Shown here: piece after piece, positions 14,640 to 28,005 of the stretch
Position numbering within the stretch: position 1 is the first letter of the stretch
Layout of the letters: every line of letters starts with the position of its first letter
NCBI GenBank assembly: GCA_964016885.1
Contig: OZ024756.1
Coordinates: 6,510,001 to 6,574,000 of the forward strand
Source: Eledone cirrhosa
Taxonomy: Eukaryota
Reading direction: 5' to 3'
DNA length: 64,000 nucleotides
Made by a program: the position numbers and the translations under genes
Notes under the pieces: model-generated
Database searches by the model: none
Told to the model about the DNA's origin: nothing
Seen by the model: only the letters and a program-made list of their open reading frames with translations

Positions 14640-14760
14640 AGAATGAGCAACGTGAAATAAAGTGTCTTGCTAAAGGACATAAAGCATCGCCTGGTCTGGG
14701 AATCGAACTCGCAACCTCAAGATTGCGAATCCAATTCTCTAGCCACTAACCCACGTGTCT
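14640..14760 (-). mobile_element. Second tRNA-derived SINE family (CORE-like), 5' part
   Basis: Minus strand has gagttcgattccc (B box) and gtcctttagcaagacactttatttcacg; relatives at 22240-22362 and 63900-64000. Confidence 0.65.
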
Positions 14761-15768
14761 GTTTATTATAAAGGGCTATTTATATATATCAAAATGCTTT
14801 CCGTCATAATTTTGGGTAAGAACATTTGTTAAGTTATGTTCCAAAATAACACTAAATTTCTCCTAAATTCTTGATCATTTTCAAAATTATTTGAAAATCA
14901 TAGGCAAATCTTAGGCAAAGTCTTACATTCGAAATATCGTAATGTGGCGATTAAACAAACACCACACCCAACACTCACACATCTATACACTCACACCTCT
15001 CTCACACACACATACATACAGCCACCACCATCCAAACCCACACACACACACACAATATACATGCAAATCTCTCTCATACATCACATACATACACACACAG
15101 CCCCCACCTCACACACACACACACACAGCTCCCACCTCACACACACACACACATCCCCCACCTCACACACACACACACATCCCCCACCTCACACTCACAC
15201 ACACACAGCCCCACCCAACATCACACTTACAGCCCCCACTTCATACACTCACACACACATGCCTCACCTCACACACAGCCCCCACCTCACACACACACAT
15301 CTACCACCTCACCCTCACACACACACACCCAACCTCTATCTCACACACTCACACACAGTCCCCACCTCATACACACACACAGCCGCCACCTCACACACAC
15401 ACATACATTATATACACACACACACACACATACATTATATACACACACACACACACTACACCTATATACAATAACGAGAAAACAAGAAAGTAAATATATA
15501 GTTTATATCAGATATCAAACATTTAACGAAACAATGAGAACAATGGCGAGGATATTGAGAAAAACGACGGCTCAAGTCTCTTGACCCTCACATATCTACG
15601 TCATCAACTAATTGTCTTGATAAACACTCCTATCTCTATATCTCACCTATTATACATAGCACACACACACACACACACACACACACAACCACGTATGTGT
15701 GTATGTGTGTGCAATTATATATAAATAAATCAACAGAAACTGTAATGTGAAACCTTGCTTTGTTTTCA

Positions 15769-15855
15769 ATATATATATATATATATATACCTATATATAT
15801 ATACCTATATATACCTATATATATATACCTATATATATATATATATATATATACC

Positions 15856-15886
<31 letters not shown>

Positions 15887-15933
15887 ATATATATATATAT
15901 ATATATACCTATATATATATATATATATATACC

Positions 15934-15964
<31 letters not shown>

Positions 15965-16033
15965 ATATATATATATATACCTATATATATATATATATAT
16001 ATATACCTATATATATATATATATATATATACC

Positions 16034-16099
<66 letters not shown>

Positions 16100-16101
16100 C
16101 C

Positions 16102-16165
<64 letters not shown>

Positions 16166-16176
16166 TATATATACAT

Positions 16177-16209
<33 letters not shown>

Positions 16210-16525
16210 TATATATACATATACATATATACATTTATATATATACATATACATATATACATATACATATATACATATACATATACATATATACATATAC
16301 ATATACATATATACATATACATATATATATATATACATATACATATATACATATACATATATATATATATACATATACATATATACATATACATATACAT
16401 ATATACATATACATATATACATATACATATATACATATACATATATATATATATACATATACATCTATATATATACATATACATATATATATATATATAT
16501 ACCTATATATATATATATATATACC

Positions 16526-16587
<62 letters not shown>

Positions 16588-16589
16588 CC

Positions 16590-16653
<64 letters not shown>

Positions 16654-16664
16654 TATATATACAT

Positions 16665-16697
<33 letters not shown>

Positions 16698-16938
16698 TAT
16701 ATATACATATACATATATACATTTATATATATACATATACATATATACATATACATATATACATATACATATACATATATACATATACATATACATATAT
16801 ACATATACATATATATATATATACATATACATATATACATATACATATATATATATATACATATACATATATACATATACATATATACATATACATATAT
16901 ACATATACATATATATATATATACATATACATCTATAT

Positions 16939-16980
<42 letters not shown>

Positions 16981-17025
16981 ATATATACATATATACATAT
17001 ACATATATACATATATATATAAAAT

Positions 17026-17056
<31 letters not shown>

Positions 17057-17401
17057 AAATATACATATATACATATATATATATATATTAAAATATACAT
17101 ATATAAAATATACATATATATATAAAATATACATATATAAAATATACATATATACATATATATAAAATATACATATATACATATATATATATATATAAAA
17201 TATACATATATAAAATATACATATATAAAATATACATATATATATATATATAAAATATACATATATAAAATATACATATATACATATATATATATATATA
17301 AAATATACATATATAAAATATACATATATACATATATATATATATATAAAATATACATATATAAAATATACATATATAAATAAAATATACATATATAAAA
17401 T

Positions 17402-17452
<51 letters not shown>

Positions 17453-17819
17453 CATATATATATACATATATATGTACATATATATATACATATATATACA
17501 TATATATATATACATATATATATACATATACATATATACATATATATATACATATATATATATACATATATATATATATACATATATATATACATATATA
17601 TATATACATATATATATACATATATATATACATATACATATATACATATATACATATACATATATATATACATATATATATACATATACATATATATACA
17701 TATATATACACATATATATACACATATATATATACATATATATACACATATATATACACATATATATACACATATATATACATATATATATATACATATA
17801 TATATACATATATATATAC

Positions 17820-17865
<46 letters not shown>

Positions 17866-17921
17866 ACATATACATATATATACATATCCATATATATACA
17901 TATACATATATATATATATAT
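15769..17921. repeat. 2.1-kb (TA)n-derived composite microsatellite
   Basis: Sub-domains with tacc, tacata and taaaatac variants. Confidence 0.97.
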
Positions 17922-18815
17922 TTCAAGACTATACAGAGCATTTGTAGTTGTCCCAAATTGAAGGTTGAGTACTTTAGACTTTGTTTCATCATGAGTTAAG
18001 ACTCTATTGATTTTTCCATGGATTTCTCTAAATTCTGTTGGATGAATCTATATCCTGATTCCTTTTGAATTGAATCTGAATTATTTTTCCCATATCTTAT
18101 GTTAACTATTTTCCCATTTTGACTCTATAGTCACATATATGTTATGGAATACTGTTAGCTTCTCGCTACAACAATTTCTATACTTTTCATTTATATATAT
18201 ATACTCGGATTTATTTCTTAGAGTGCTTAAATTATTTGTGACTAATCCCGGTATTTAAAAAAAAAAAGACCGCGATGATATTGCTTTTTGCTGATCGCTT
18301 TTGTAGAGTTTTCTTTCGGAATGTTTTTGACTGTAAACAAACATTTGTCTCATTCTGACGTCACCAGCCCTGTTTTTCCACATGTGCGTTTATTTTAATA
18401 ACCACGCATGATATTAAACTAGCCTGCTTTTAAATTCCCTTTTTGGCATATTACCAGTGAGACCTTGGTTACCATGTTGAGCTCTGCTGACGAACGAAAT
18501 CCAACCGTGACCATCTCTACTGAAAGTTTTCGTGAAATAGTCTTTTCAAGACAATACAGAGCATTTTAAGTTGTCCCAAATTGAAGGTTGAGTACTTTAG
18601 ACTTTGTTTTATCATCAGTTAAGGCTATTGATTTTTCCCTGCATTTCTCTAAATTCTGTTGGATGAATCTATATCCTGATTCCTTTTGAATCGAGTCTGA
18701 ATTATTTTTCCCATATCTTATGTTAACTATTTTCCCATTTTGACTCTATAGTCACATATATGTTATGGAATACTGTTAGCTTCTCGCTACAACAATGTCT
18801 ATACTTTTTCATTTA

Positions 18816-18820
<5 letters not shown>
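17922..18820. repeat. About 270-bp direct repeats (17922-18195 and 18544-18816) around a unique spacer
   Basis: ttcaagac..agttgtcccaaattgaaggttgagtactttagactttg..acaacaatttctatactttt occurs twice. Confidence 0.9.
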
Positions 18821-18896
<76 letters not shown>

Positions 18897-18902
<6 letters not shown>

Positions 18903-19210
18903 GGTAAACAGAAATAACAACAAAATCGGTACAGTATATGGAAGGGATATATTAAGTTAACGCTTGATATAGCAGGAAGGGGGTCATAACGTTTCGGGCG
19001 CTAGTCCTTCATCAGAATAAAGAATTAGAAATAAGATAGATTGAGGGAACGGGCGGGTTGGAATTGGAAAAAGCGTCTTTAGATAAGAATAGCAGATCCA
19101 TTCATGTTGACATCTCTTGCTACGGTAAACATTGATGCAATTCAATTCAAGCACTCTACGTACTTTTTCCACATAGGAATGGCGGACTATATTTAGAATA
19201 AGAAAATGCG
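18897..19210 (-). mobile_element. Penelope-like 3' end: GIY-YIG-like remnant plus pLTR with HHR
   Basis: Minus strand ctgatga-aggactagcgccc-gaaacgtta (palindromic aacgtt) at about 18987-19015; upstream ..EKVRRVLELNCI..; relatives at 19500-19630, 23048-23178 and 26143-26370. Confidence 0.7.
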
Positions 19211-19243
19211 GAGTAGTTTCAGATGTTAAATTTCTTTATTGAT

Positions 19244-19323
19244 AAGGCTGAGATACATATTTCAATGACGACAGTGGGCACGTGGTTCCGCGTACGCAGT
19301 GTCATGATCTCATCAGACAGCTT
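19244..19323 (-). ncRNA. Type I hammerhead motif
   Basis: Minus strand gctgt-ctgatga-(long stem II)-gaaa-tatgta-tc-tcagc. Confidence 0.55.
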
Positions 19324-19984
19324 CTTACATACTAAGGTTACGTTCTCGCGGCAATCTAAATTAAAACGACAAGGGAACGGACACATATGATGTTCTTGAA
19401 GCCTTTTATATGTAAATATATATACATATATATATATGTGTGTGTGTGTGTATGTGTGTGTATGTGTGTGTGTGCGTGTGGGTGTTTGTGTGTCATGTGT
19501 GTAAAAGGTTAACATAAACAACAAAGCAAACAATACAGTACAATGAAGAAGTATATTCGCTTAACGCTTGATATATTAAGAAAAGTTTCGTTACGTTTCA
19601 GACACTAGTCCTTCATCAGAAAATAAAATCAGAAAATAAAATGAGAAACAAAAAATGAAATAGAAAGATAGAGTGAGAAGAAGAAGGAAGAGAAAAAAGA
19701 ATTTAGAAAAAAACACATGTGCTTATTCAGTCATTATCGTATAACAGACGCACAGATTCTCTCTGGAAATAGGTGTGGGGGTGCTGGGGATTTTACGTGG
19801 CCGTGAGGGGCTGGGTGGCCCAAATAGTTTGAGAACCTCTCGTGTCGATGTTCGGCCTCTTCCAAAGAGATTGGATAAAAATGGAAGTTGTTAACCTATT
19901 ACCAACACCAGGGTCGTAGGAATATATTCCGAAAGACATCATTTATATATGATCATTACTGTGTCTCGTTATTACGTTAATAAC

Positions 19985-20561
19985 GGATTGGCAGTATCGG
20001 TAGAGGGTCGGACGCCATGCTTTGACGCATAGGGTTACGGCCGGTACCATTCTGAATTCAAATCCCGCCGAGGTTAACTTTGCCTTTCATCCTTATGGGG
20101 TCGAAAAAATAAAGTACCAGTAATGTACTGGTAATTGCTGGCCTTGTGCCAAACGTAGAAACAATTATTACGTTAATAACGGATTGGCAGTATCGGTAGC
20201 GGATCGGACGCCATGCTTTGCAGCATAGAGCTGCGGCCCTTTATCACCTGAATTCAAATCCCGCCGAAGTTAACTTTGCCTTTCATACTTACGGGGTCGA
20301 TAGAATAAAGTACCAGTAATACACTGGGATAATTGCTGGCCTTGTGCCAAATGTAGAAACAATTATTACGTTAATAACGGATTGGCAGTATAGGTAGCTG
20401 GTCGGACGCCATGCTTTGCAGCATAGAGTTGCGGCCCTTTATGACCTGAATTCAAATCCCGCCGAGGTTAACTTTGCCTTTCATCCTTACGGGGTCGATA
20501 AAATAAAGTACCAGTAATACACTGGGATAATTGCTGGCCTTTGTGCCAAACATAGAAACAG
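19985..20561 (+). mobile_element. Head-to-tail trimer of the Meta-type SINE
   Basis: Three copies separated and flanked by four copies of ttattacgttaataac. Confidence 0.9.
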
Positions 20562-20971
20562 TTATTACGTTAATAACTTATGTTACACATCACCACCCTT
20601 CCAACAATGGACACTACAAACAAATCACTACCACTATTAATACAACAATAAATTACAACAGCACTTATAAATGATAAATACCTTTGTCACGATAAACAAG
20701 ACAAGATAAATTTACTGATATCGGACCCAGCTCGAAATATGAGATGATTGCATTCACATTATACACTCGACTTTATGTATTTTTGAACATAAATCTATAA
20801 TGCTGTTTACAGTAACTCTATTGTTCTTGGGGAGTGAACTGGTTTTATAGTCTTCACGAAAACCTCGAGCTTACGTCTCGTAGGCACATACTCGAACACA
20901 CACTCACATACAGACAGACATAGACATACACACAGACACAGTCACAGACACACACGCATGTGTATATATAT

Positions 20972-21009
<38 letters not shown>

Positions 21010-21439
21010 TACATGGATACAGTTATATATATATATATATATATATATAACTACACGTATGTATAAATACAGATTGTAAACGTATACACACACACACAAA
21101 CAGACACCGACCATACACGCACATATATAAGACACACACTCACACATATATACACACACACAGAGCATACTCGAACACACTCCATAGTCGTGTGAATAGA
21201 AATACGAGCCACTGAAGTAACATGTACGCGGATAGAAAGTTAGATCTCTCATCAAATACATATTAAATTCACAGACTGTTCCTGTCCGAACTACTGGAAC
21301 ACTCATCGTCGAAAACGACGGAGGTCCAACTATATCAGTTCGTCTTATTTTACCTGGAAAATAGTGACTTACTGTGTTTCTCTAAATATTTCTATTCGTT
21401 TTGTTGTGATCTTTTATTTTTCATTTGCATAGAGGGTCA

Positions 21440-21600
21440 TATAGGCGACGAATTGGCAGAGCCGTTAAGATAGAATGGTTTGCAGTATTCCTTGCGACTC
21501 TCTGCTTCCTTAGTTCAAATCCTGCTGAGGGCAACTTTACCTTTCATCCTTTCGAGGTCGATAAACAATTGTACCAGTCTAATACTGGGGTCGATTCTCC
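21440..21600 (+). mobile_element. Old diverged Meta-type SINE
   Basis: gttcaaatcc..ctttcatcctttcgaggtcgataaac..gtaccag; other old copies on the minus strand at 22040-22130, 22390-22545 and 23790-23915. Confidence 0.65.
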
Positions 21601-23177
21601 TCGGTTTTCTCACTTCCGTTCTCACACTATCTATTCTTTTCTGAAAAAAAAGCTGCTGTGTTCAAACCTGGAGAGCAGATGGGTTCCGTCAGATTTAAAG
21701 ATGTCCAAGAAATACTGTATATCAATATGGCGCCCCAATGCCTCCCTCGGGAGTTACGGGACCATGCATACATATATCGCCGTATAAAACCACTAAGTAA
21801 ACCAATGTGAATGCCAGCACGGATTATGTATACAATAGAAATGTCATTGTTACAACAGGGTAACCTGGTAGAGTTTTAAACATTCTGACAGCCTGGAATC
21901 TTAAAAATAATCGAAAATAAGAAAACAATTCATAACGTTATCCTGAAAGAAAATATCTTCTAATTAGACCTGAGACCACTACATTTAAGTAGAAGGACAG
22001 TAATGTCGGGGGTAGCGATGTCGAGTACGTTGATCTAGGATTTCAGTCGTACTCTATTTGTATTTTCTCCGGAAGGATGAAAGACGACGATGTCTTCAGC
22101 GAGATTTGAATTCAGAACGTAAAGGATCGTATCTAAACAATTTCTTTTAATTTGTCGATCAACTTTCGTCAAATCGGACCGAGGAAACAATGTTTCCGTT
22201 GGACTTTCCAGTTGACTATCTATCTGTCGCAACTCCAGGTAGAAGGTGCAACGTGAAATAAAATGTCTTCCTCACGGACATAACGCATTGTCTGGTCCAG
22301 GAATCGAACTGACAGCCTCACCATTGCGAATCCAGTTCTCCAATCAATCAGCCACACGTCTTCACTAAAGCCACCAATAAATATTAGTTTCTGATTTAGA
22401 GAGAAGGCCAATAACTTGGGGGGTGGGGCGGCAGATTCGATTAAATCGACCTCAATGTGTTATTGGTACTTTATTTGATCGACCCGCATAAAGATAAAAG
22501 GCAAAATTGACCTCCGCAGGATTTGAACTCTGGTCGTTAAAGCCCGTAAATACAACCGTAAATACAGGCACCAATTAGGAAAAATGGTGAAATAAACAGA
22601 GCAGATAACGAATTCTTTTATTCTAAAGAAAGAGTTGCAGTTTTAAATATGGAAAACATTCCATCAGTTAAGAATATAATTATTACCATTTGCTGTCGTG
22701 GAGCATTTCACTTGACAAAGATTGGAATTCGGATAACACAGATGAAAAAAAGTAAAAATAGCCTGGAATATAAAATGTCAACTATTTATATTTTCTGTTT
22801 GTTTTACAGACTGCTTACTTTTTTTTTATCTTGGTTGCATTGCTATCAGAAAATTTCGATCTATAAGGAACTTTTTTTTTTTTCCTGGCAGAGAACCTCC
22901 AAATAAATCTGTTTACTCTACAAAAATATATGCTTTAACACGCATCGTATGTATTATAGAAAACCCATATAATACTTGACTAAGTAAATCATTAAAAAAT
23001 TGATAGAGAGAATTACATATATATATGTGTGTGTGTGTGTGTGTGTATGTAAAAGGTAAACACAAATAACAACACAATCGATACAGTATATGGAAGGAAT
23101 GTATTAGGTTAACGCTTGAAATAGCAGGAAGAGGGTCTTAACTTTTCGGACGCTAATCCTTCAACGGAAGAAAGAAT

Positions 23178-23246
<69 letters not shown>

Positions 23247-24344
23247 AAAAGTGTAATAAAATATTACAAAATAAATAGAAACATAATGAAGCCGACCGTC
23301 ATCTCAGACAAACAAAACTGTTTCTCCGCTTTTCTATGGTCCCAATTCCTGGTAGAAGCGTCACCACATTTCCCGTGATAGGAGGTAAGATTTTAGCTTA
23401 ACGCAGAGACAGGGCCGGAAGAGATACCATAAATCCCCCAATACGGCTCTTAAACAATTCTGCCGATGCACTAACCCTGAACTGATGTTTCATTTGTCGA
23501 GGCACCCCGTCCCAAAAATAAAAGCGAAGTAGACAAAGGTTATTTTGAGTTCAGAGCGCCAGAAAAAATACGAAAATCTTTCACACAAGATTCTAAAAAA
23601 AATCTTCCAATTGAAATGAACAGAGTTGGATCTAATTATCTGTAAAAGGTTACTAACATAAAGTAGAGTAAAAGTTATGCTTATGTAATCAGATCATTTC
23701 ATGTTACGTACAAAGATATAAAGAACCCATCTCATCTCCAGGTCCTGAACACAGCCGATTACTTTCCGGGGGGAGAGGGAATGACAGAAAGGGAGCGAGA
23801 AAGAAATATAGAAGAATCGACCTCAGTACTGGGCTGGTATATTTCTTTACCAACCTCGAAAGAATGAAAGGCAAAGTTGACTTCGGTGTCGGGATTTCAA
23901 CTAAGAGCGCAGAGAGCTGGAACAAATAACGGAATGCATTCCCTCTGTTCGACGTTCGAAAGATTCTCCGTTCTAAGTACATTAGAAGTGTGTGTGTATG
24001 TGTGTGTGCGTGTCCGTGTTTGTGTTTGTGTTTGTGTGTGTGTGCGCGTGTTTGTGTGTGTATGTGAGTTCCTGTTGTTTGTTCTCTCTATTATCTATAT
24101 GACATTTACTGTTTAATCTGCAAGCCGTTGCCTTGAAATGTCCTTATGGCACCGAGATTTTGTACAAACGACACCTGCCGTTAAAACTAAATTCAGGCAG
24201 CATAGCAATGTTACTAAAGTAAATCATATATTGGCCAAAAGGGCTTAATTATAAATACAAATCAAAACTTATCTTTAAAATAGGGACTAAAAATATGATG
24301 AGATGTGCATCTAAAATAAACGGTTGAAAATAACAAATGGAACA

Positions 24345-24490
24345 CAGTATGGTGGATGGAGTAAGGAGCTCGCTTCGCAATCATAATGTCCCGGGTTCAA
24401 TCCCACAGTGCGGCATCTTAACATAAGCCTTGGTTCCATCCATGCCTATTGAGTAAAAATAGAGAGATGAAATCTGTTTTGAAACCCGTC
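24345..24490 (+). mobile_element. tRNA-derived SINE fragment
   Basis: A-box-like ggtggatggagtaagg and B box ggttcaatccc. Confidence 0.5.
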
Positions 24491-25820
24491 TTTTGTACAG
24501 TCTATGTGATTTAAAAAAGAAAAAAACAGCCTTAATACAATTTAAAGTTCGGAGCTGCATCTATCTGGTCGTATTTAAGCTGGCGTTTTTAAAAAGAAGG
24601 GGTTTCAATCTGAAATATAAAGGACCTACAAAGAACTACAATGTAATATACCAGCATCATTGTTATATGTTTAACATTTAATGTCTAATTCACATTGTGG
24701 CAGCTTTCAAATAAATAACTATTGTCTCTGACTTTCTAACATTTAGTTTAAGACGATAGTATGTGATGTGAATGAAATTGGTTGCTATATCTAACAGGTG
24801 GAGAGACCAGAGTTTCTCGGCTTGGCTCATGTAATTTCCGCGGGAATCCTTTGCGGTCTAGTCCACGGGACGCAGCCCCTTTACCGCCGCGCCCTAGGCC
24901 CAGGGCCCAATCATCCTACCCCTCCCAATATTCTGTGACACTAGAGCTCTTGACATTCCCTCCCTTTTCCGTTTTTTAAAACTTTTTTTTAATATTTTCC
25001 TATTTTACATTCCATCTTTTCTTCTCAATCTAAATGTTCGGGTTTTTTTTTTCATTTCCTATTAAACTGTATTTACATGATATATCCCATAAATAAATTA
25101 TAATATCATTGTCATGTTGTTACAAAGTCAGTCCTAATCAAGCAAAGCTATGGTTATAGTCTTCCAGCCGTGACGATCCTGTCGATTTAGAGATATCTCG
25201 ACGACTACATTATCAAATGTGTCGTTTCTGTATTTAAGACAGTAGACTGTAATGGAGGCAGAGTTGTTTGCTATTTCTAGCAGGTTGAGCGACCAAACAG
25301 AGCCTCTCTCATTAACGGTATAAACAGATCCATGTATATAATTAGTTAGTGTATAATTTATTAGCTCATAATTAATTAGCGAGTTGATTATTGCAGCTTT
25401 GTAGAAATATCCTCTCATGGGGTCGTACAGATGAGAACCAACAGCCAACTGTTATTACAGAACAAGACACAACAAAAACCGTAGCACGTCTATTACATTC
25501 CAAATTAGTTGAACTGTCACAATTTATCTCAAGAATAATTAATTCGTCACTAATTAGTATTAAATTGTTGAGCCACTAATTAGCAAAATGTAATAATTAA
25601 GACCGTTAACTCGTCTTCTAAAGATATACAGAACATCTACTAATGCAACCAAATTAATCACGCAATCGATGACTTTACTGTCATAAACACATCGTTTTCC
25701 TGTTTCAGATATTGATAGTGAAGACACATAATGAAGTTAATATATCTGTTTAAATATTGACAGTGCTAAGATTATATATGTCTGTCTAAATACGTATACA
25801 TCCACACGTTCGTATATATG

Positions 25821-25854
<34 letters not shown>

Positions 25855-25861
<7 letters not shown>

Positions 25862-26076
25862 AAGTTTGTCCTCATCAGTGGCCGTCCAACCGTCGTAGGC
25901 ATTTCGTCGCATTAAAGGCCATATACCTCAGGTTGGTGCGAGCAACGGCTAAAAAGAGTTGCAACCTGAGGTATATGGCCTTTAATGCGACGAAATGCCT
26001 ACGACGGTTGGAAGGCCACTGATGAGGACAAACTTTTTCATATGTAACCCATTTGCAGCGCCGCAGCTCCATTATT

Positions 26077-26080
<4 letters not shown>
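25855..26080. mobile_element. Fold-back element with two inverted permuted-HHR motifs (family A variant)
   Basis: Arms 25855-25935 and 25962-26043 are near-perfect inverted copies; the 3' tail resembles 31490-31525. Confidence 0.85.
25961..26025 (+). ncRNA. Permuted, K-turn-containing hammerhead-like motif (copy C; mirror copy C' at 25872-25936 on minus)
   Basis: gcaacc|tga|ggtat|a|tggcctt|taatgcgac|gaa|atgcc|tac|ga|c|ggttgg|aaggcca|ctgatga. Confidence 0.72.
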
Positions 26081-26118
<38 letters not shown>

Positions 26119-26412
26119 GGGGGAGGGTATGTAGGTATGGAATGTAAGAGGTAAACAGAAATAACAACACAATCGGTACAGTATATGTAAGGAATATATT
26201 AGGTTAACGCTTGATATAGCAGGAAGAGGGTCTTAACGTTTCGGACGCTAGTTCTTCATCAGAAGAAAGCATGAGAAATAAGATAGATTGAAGGGACGGG
26301 CGGGGTGGAATTGGAGAAAATGTCTTTAGATAAAAATAGCAGGTCCATTCGTGTCGACATATCCAGTTATGAGAAAATATGTGAGTGTATAGACATGTAT
26401 ACAAATATATAT

Positions 26413-26600
26413 AATTGTTTCTACTTTAGGCACAAGGCCAGCAATTACCCAGTGCATTACTGGTACTTTATTTTATCGACCCCGTAAGGATGAAAGGCAA
26501 AGTAAACCTCGGCGGGATTCGAACTCAGATCGTAAAGGGACCTAACCATGCTGGAAAGCTTGGCGTCCGACCCTCCACCGATACTGCCAATCCACCGCCC
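26413..26600 (-). mobile_element. Meta-type SINE
   Basis: Family consensus; TSD tgtatacaaatatatataat. Confidence 0.88.
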
Positions 26601-26687
26601 TGTATACAAATATATATAATATTATTCTATTATGTGTTCCAGCCAACAGGCTAAGGCCCTGCTGGGGCACTGCCACTCCTATATAAC

Positions 26688-26749
<62 letters not shown>

Positions 26750-26789
26750 TATGTATATATAAATATATATAAATATATATATAAATATA

Positions 26790-27097
26790 TGTAAAAGTTA
26801 TATTTAATTTGTTGGTATACAACAAGCAAATAGTTTGATAACTGATATAAAGCACTCAACAAGTTATTGGAGTAAATATACAATATATTAATAAATGGAA
26901 ACTATATTTATAAAACCATATTAAATTCATTATACATATTTCAAGGACACCAAAGCAAATTATGGTGCGCTTTCATCAGATAAAATATAATATAATATAA
27001 TATAGATCAGTTTTATAAACAAATATTGATATACCCTTAAAAGAATGCGAACATGTCTGTTGGAAGCTCCCGGATAGTCTATCCGGGAACTTCCAAC
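26790..27097 (-). mobile_element. pLTR fragment with type I HHR (26925-26996) and a small terminal fold-back
   Basis: Minus strand ttttat-ctgatga-aagcgcacca..tggtgtcctt-gaaa-tatgta-ta-atgaa; inverted gttggaagctcccggatag/ctatccgggaacttccaac. Confidence 0.75.
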
Positions 27098-27241
27098 ATA
27101 TAATATATATATATATTATATATATATTATATATATATATATATAAGTATTGAAGTTTCCGTTGAAAATTGAAAAAGTCATAGGAGTGAAGAGTGCTCTA
27201 TGTAAGTACCAGAGCAATATTTTATGTATAATAAACAATAC

Positions 27242-27319
27242 AATTGCCTTGTCCGACGAACGAATGAGGACGTTTTTCGTATTCGTCTTATTCGGGAAAC
27301 CTCTGGTAATGAGGTAATT
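27242..27319 (+). ncRNA. Type I hammerhead motif (CCGACGA variant)
   Basis: Stem I aattgccttgt/atgaggtaatt, stem II cgaatgaggacg/cgtcttattcg, gaaa-cc-tct-gg-ta. Confidence 0.65.
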
Positions 27320-27669
27320 ATATTGTATTGTTTATATATATATATATATATATCATAAAATATATAAATCTGGACCTAGCTGTTGAACCGGCAAGAGCTT
27401 AACCGTCGGGGACCAGAATGTTTATAATATCTCTCGTCAAACTCGCCAGAAATGAATTGTTGACTTGATATGTTTCCTCTTTTTACGTTGCTTCACCCTT
27501 TGTGTCAGTTTACATTTTTTCTCTCTCTCCCCCCTTTTTTATCCAGATAACTTATTTTTAGTTATTGTTCGCCCTAGGTTGAGATATCTTGTCTCTAACG
27601 CGAAGAAATACCTATGATTCCTAGCAGACAACTGGCGATGGATATCACTCTCTTTCGTCCGTAACTTTT

Positions 27670-28005
27670 ATGTTCAGTTACCTCCCTTTACGATCTGAGT
27701 TCAAATCCCGCCGAGGTTGACTTTGCCTTTCATCCTTATGGGGTCGATAAAATAAAGTACCAGTAATGCACTGGGTAATTGCTGGCCTTGTGCCTAAAGT
27801 AGAAACAATTATATGTATGTATACATTGGCAGTATCGGTAGAGAGTCGGACACCACGCTTTGAAGCATTGAGTTACGTCCCTTTACGGTATGAGTTCAAA
27901 TCCTGCCGAGGTTAACTTTGCCTTTCATCCTTCCGGGGTCGATAAAATAAAGTACCAGTAATACACTGGGTAATTGCTGGCCTTGTGCCAAAAGTAGAAA
28001 CAATT
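27670..28005 (+). mobile_element. Two tandem Meta-type SINEs (first copy 5'-truncated)
   Basis: Consensus match; attatatgtatgtat follows each copy. Confidence 0.85.

Noticed and set aside
21640-21790. Unique GC-richer stretch that could be an exon
   Set aside because: No convincing splice sites or recognisable protein motif
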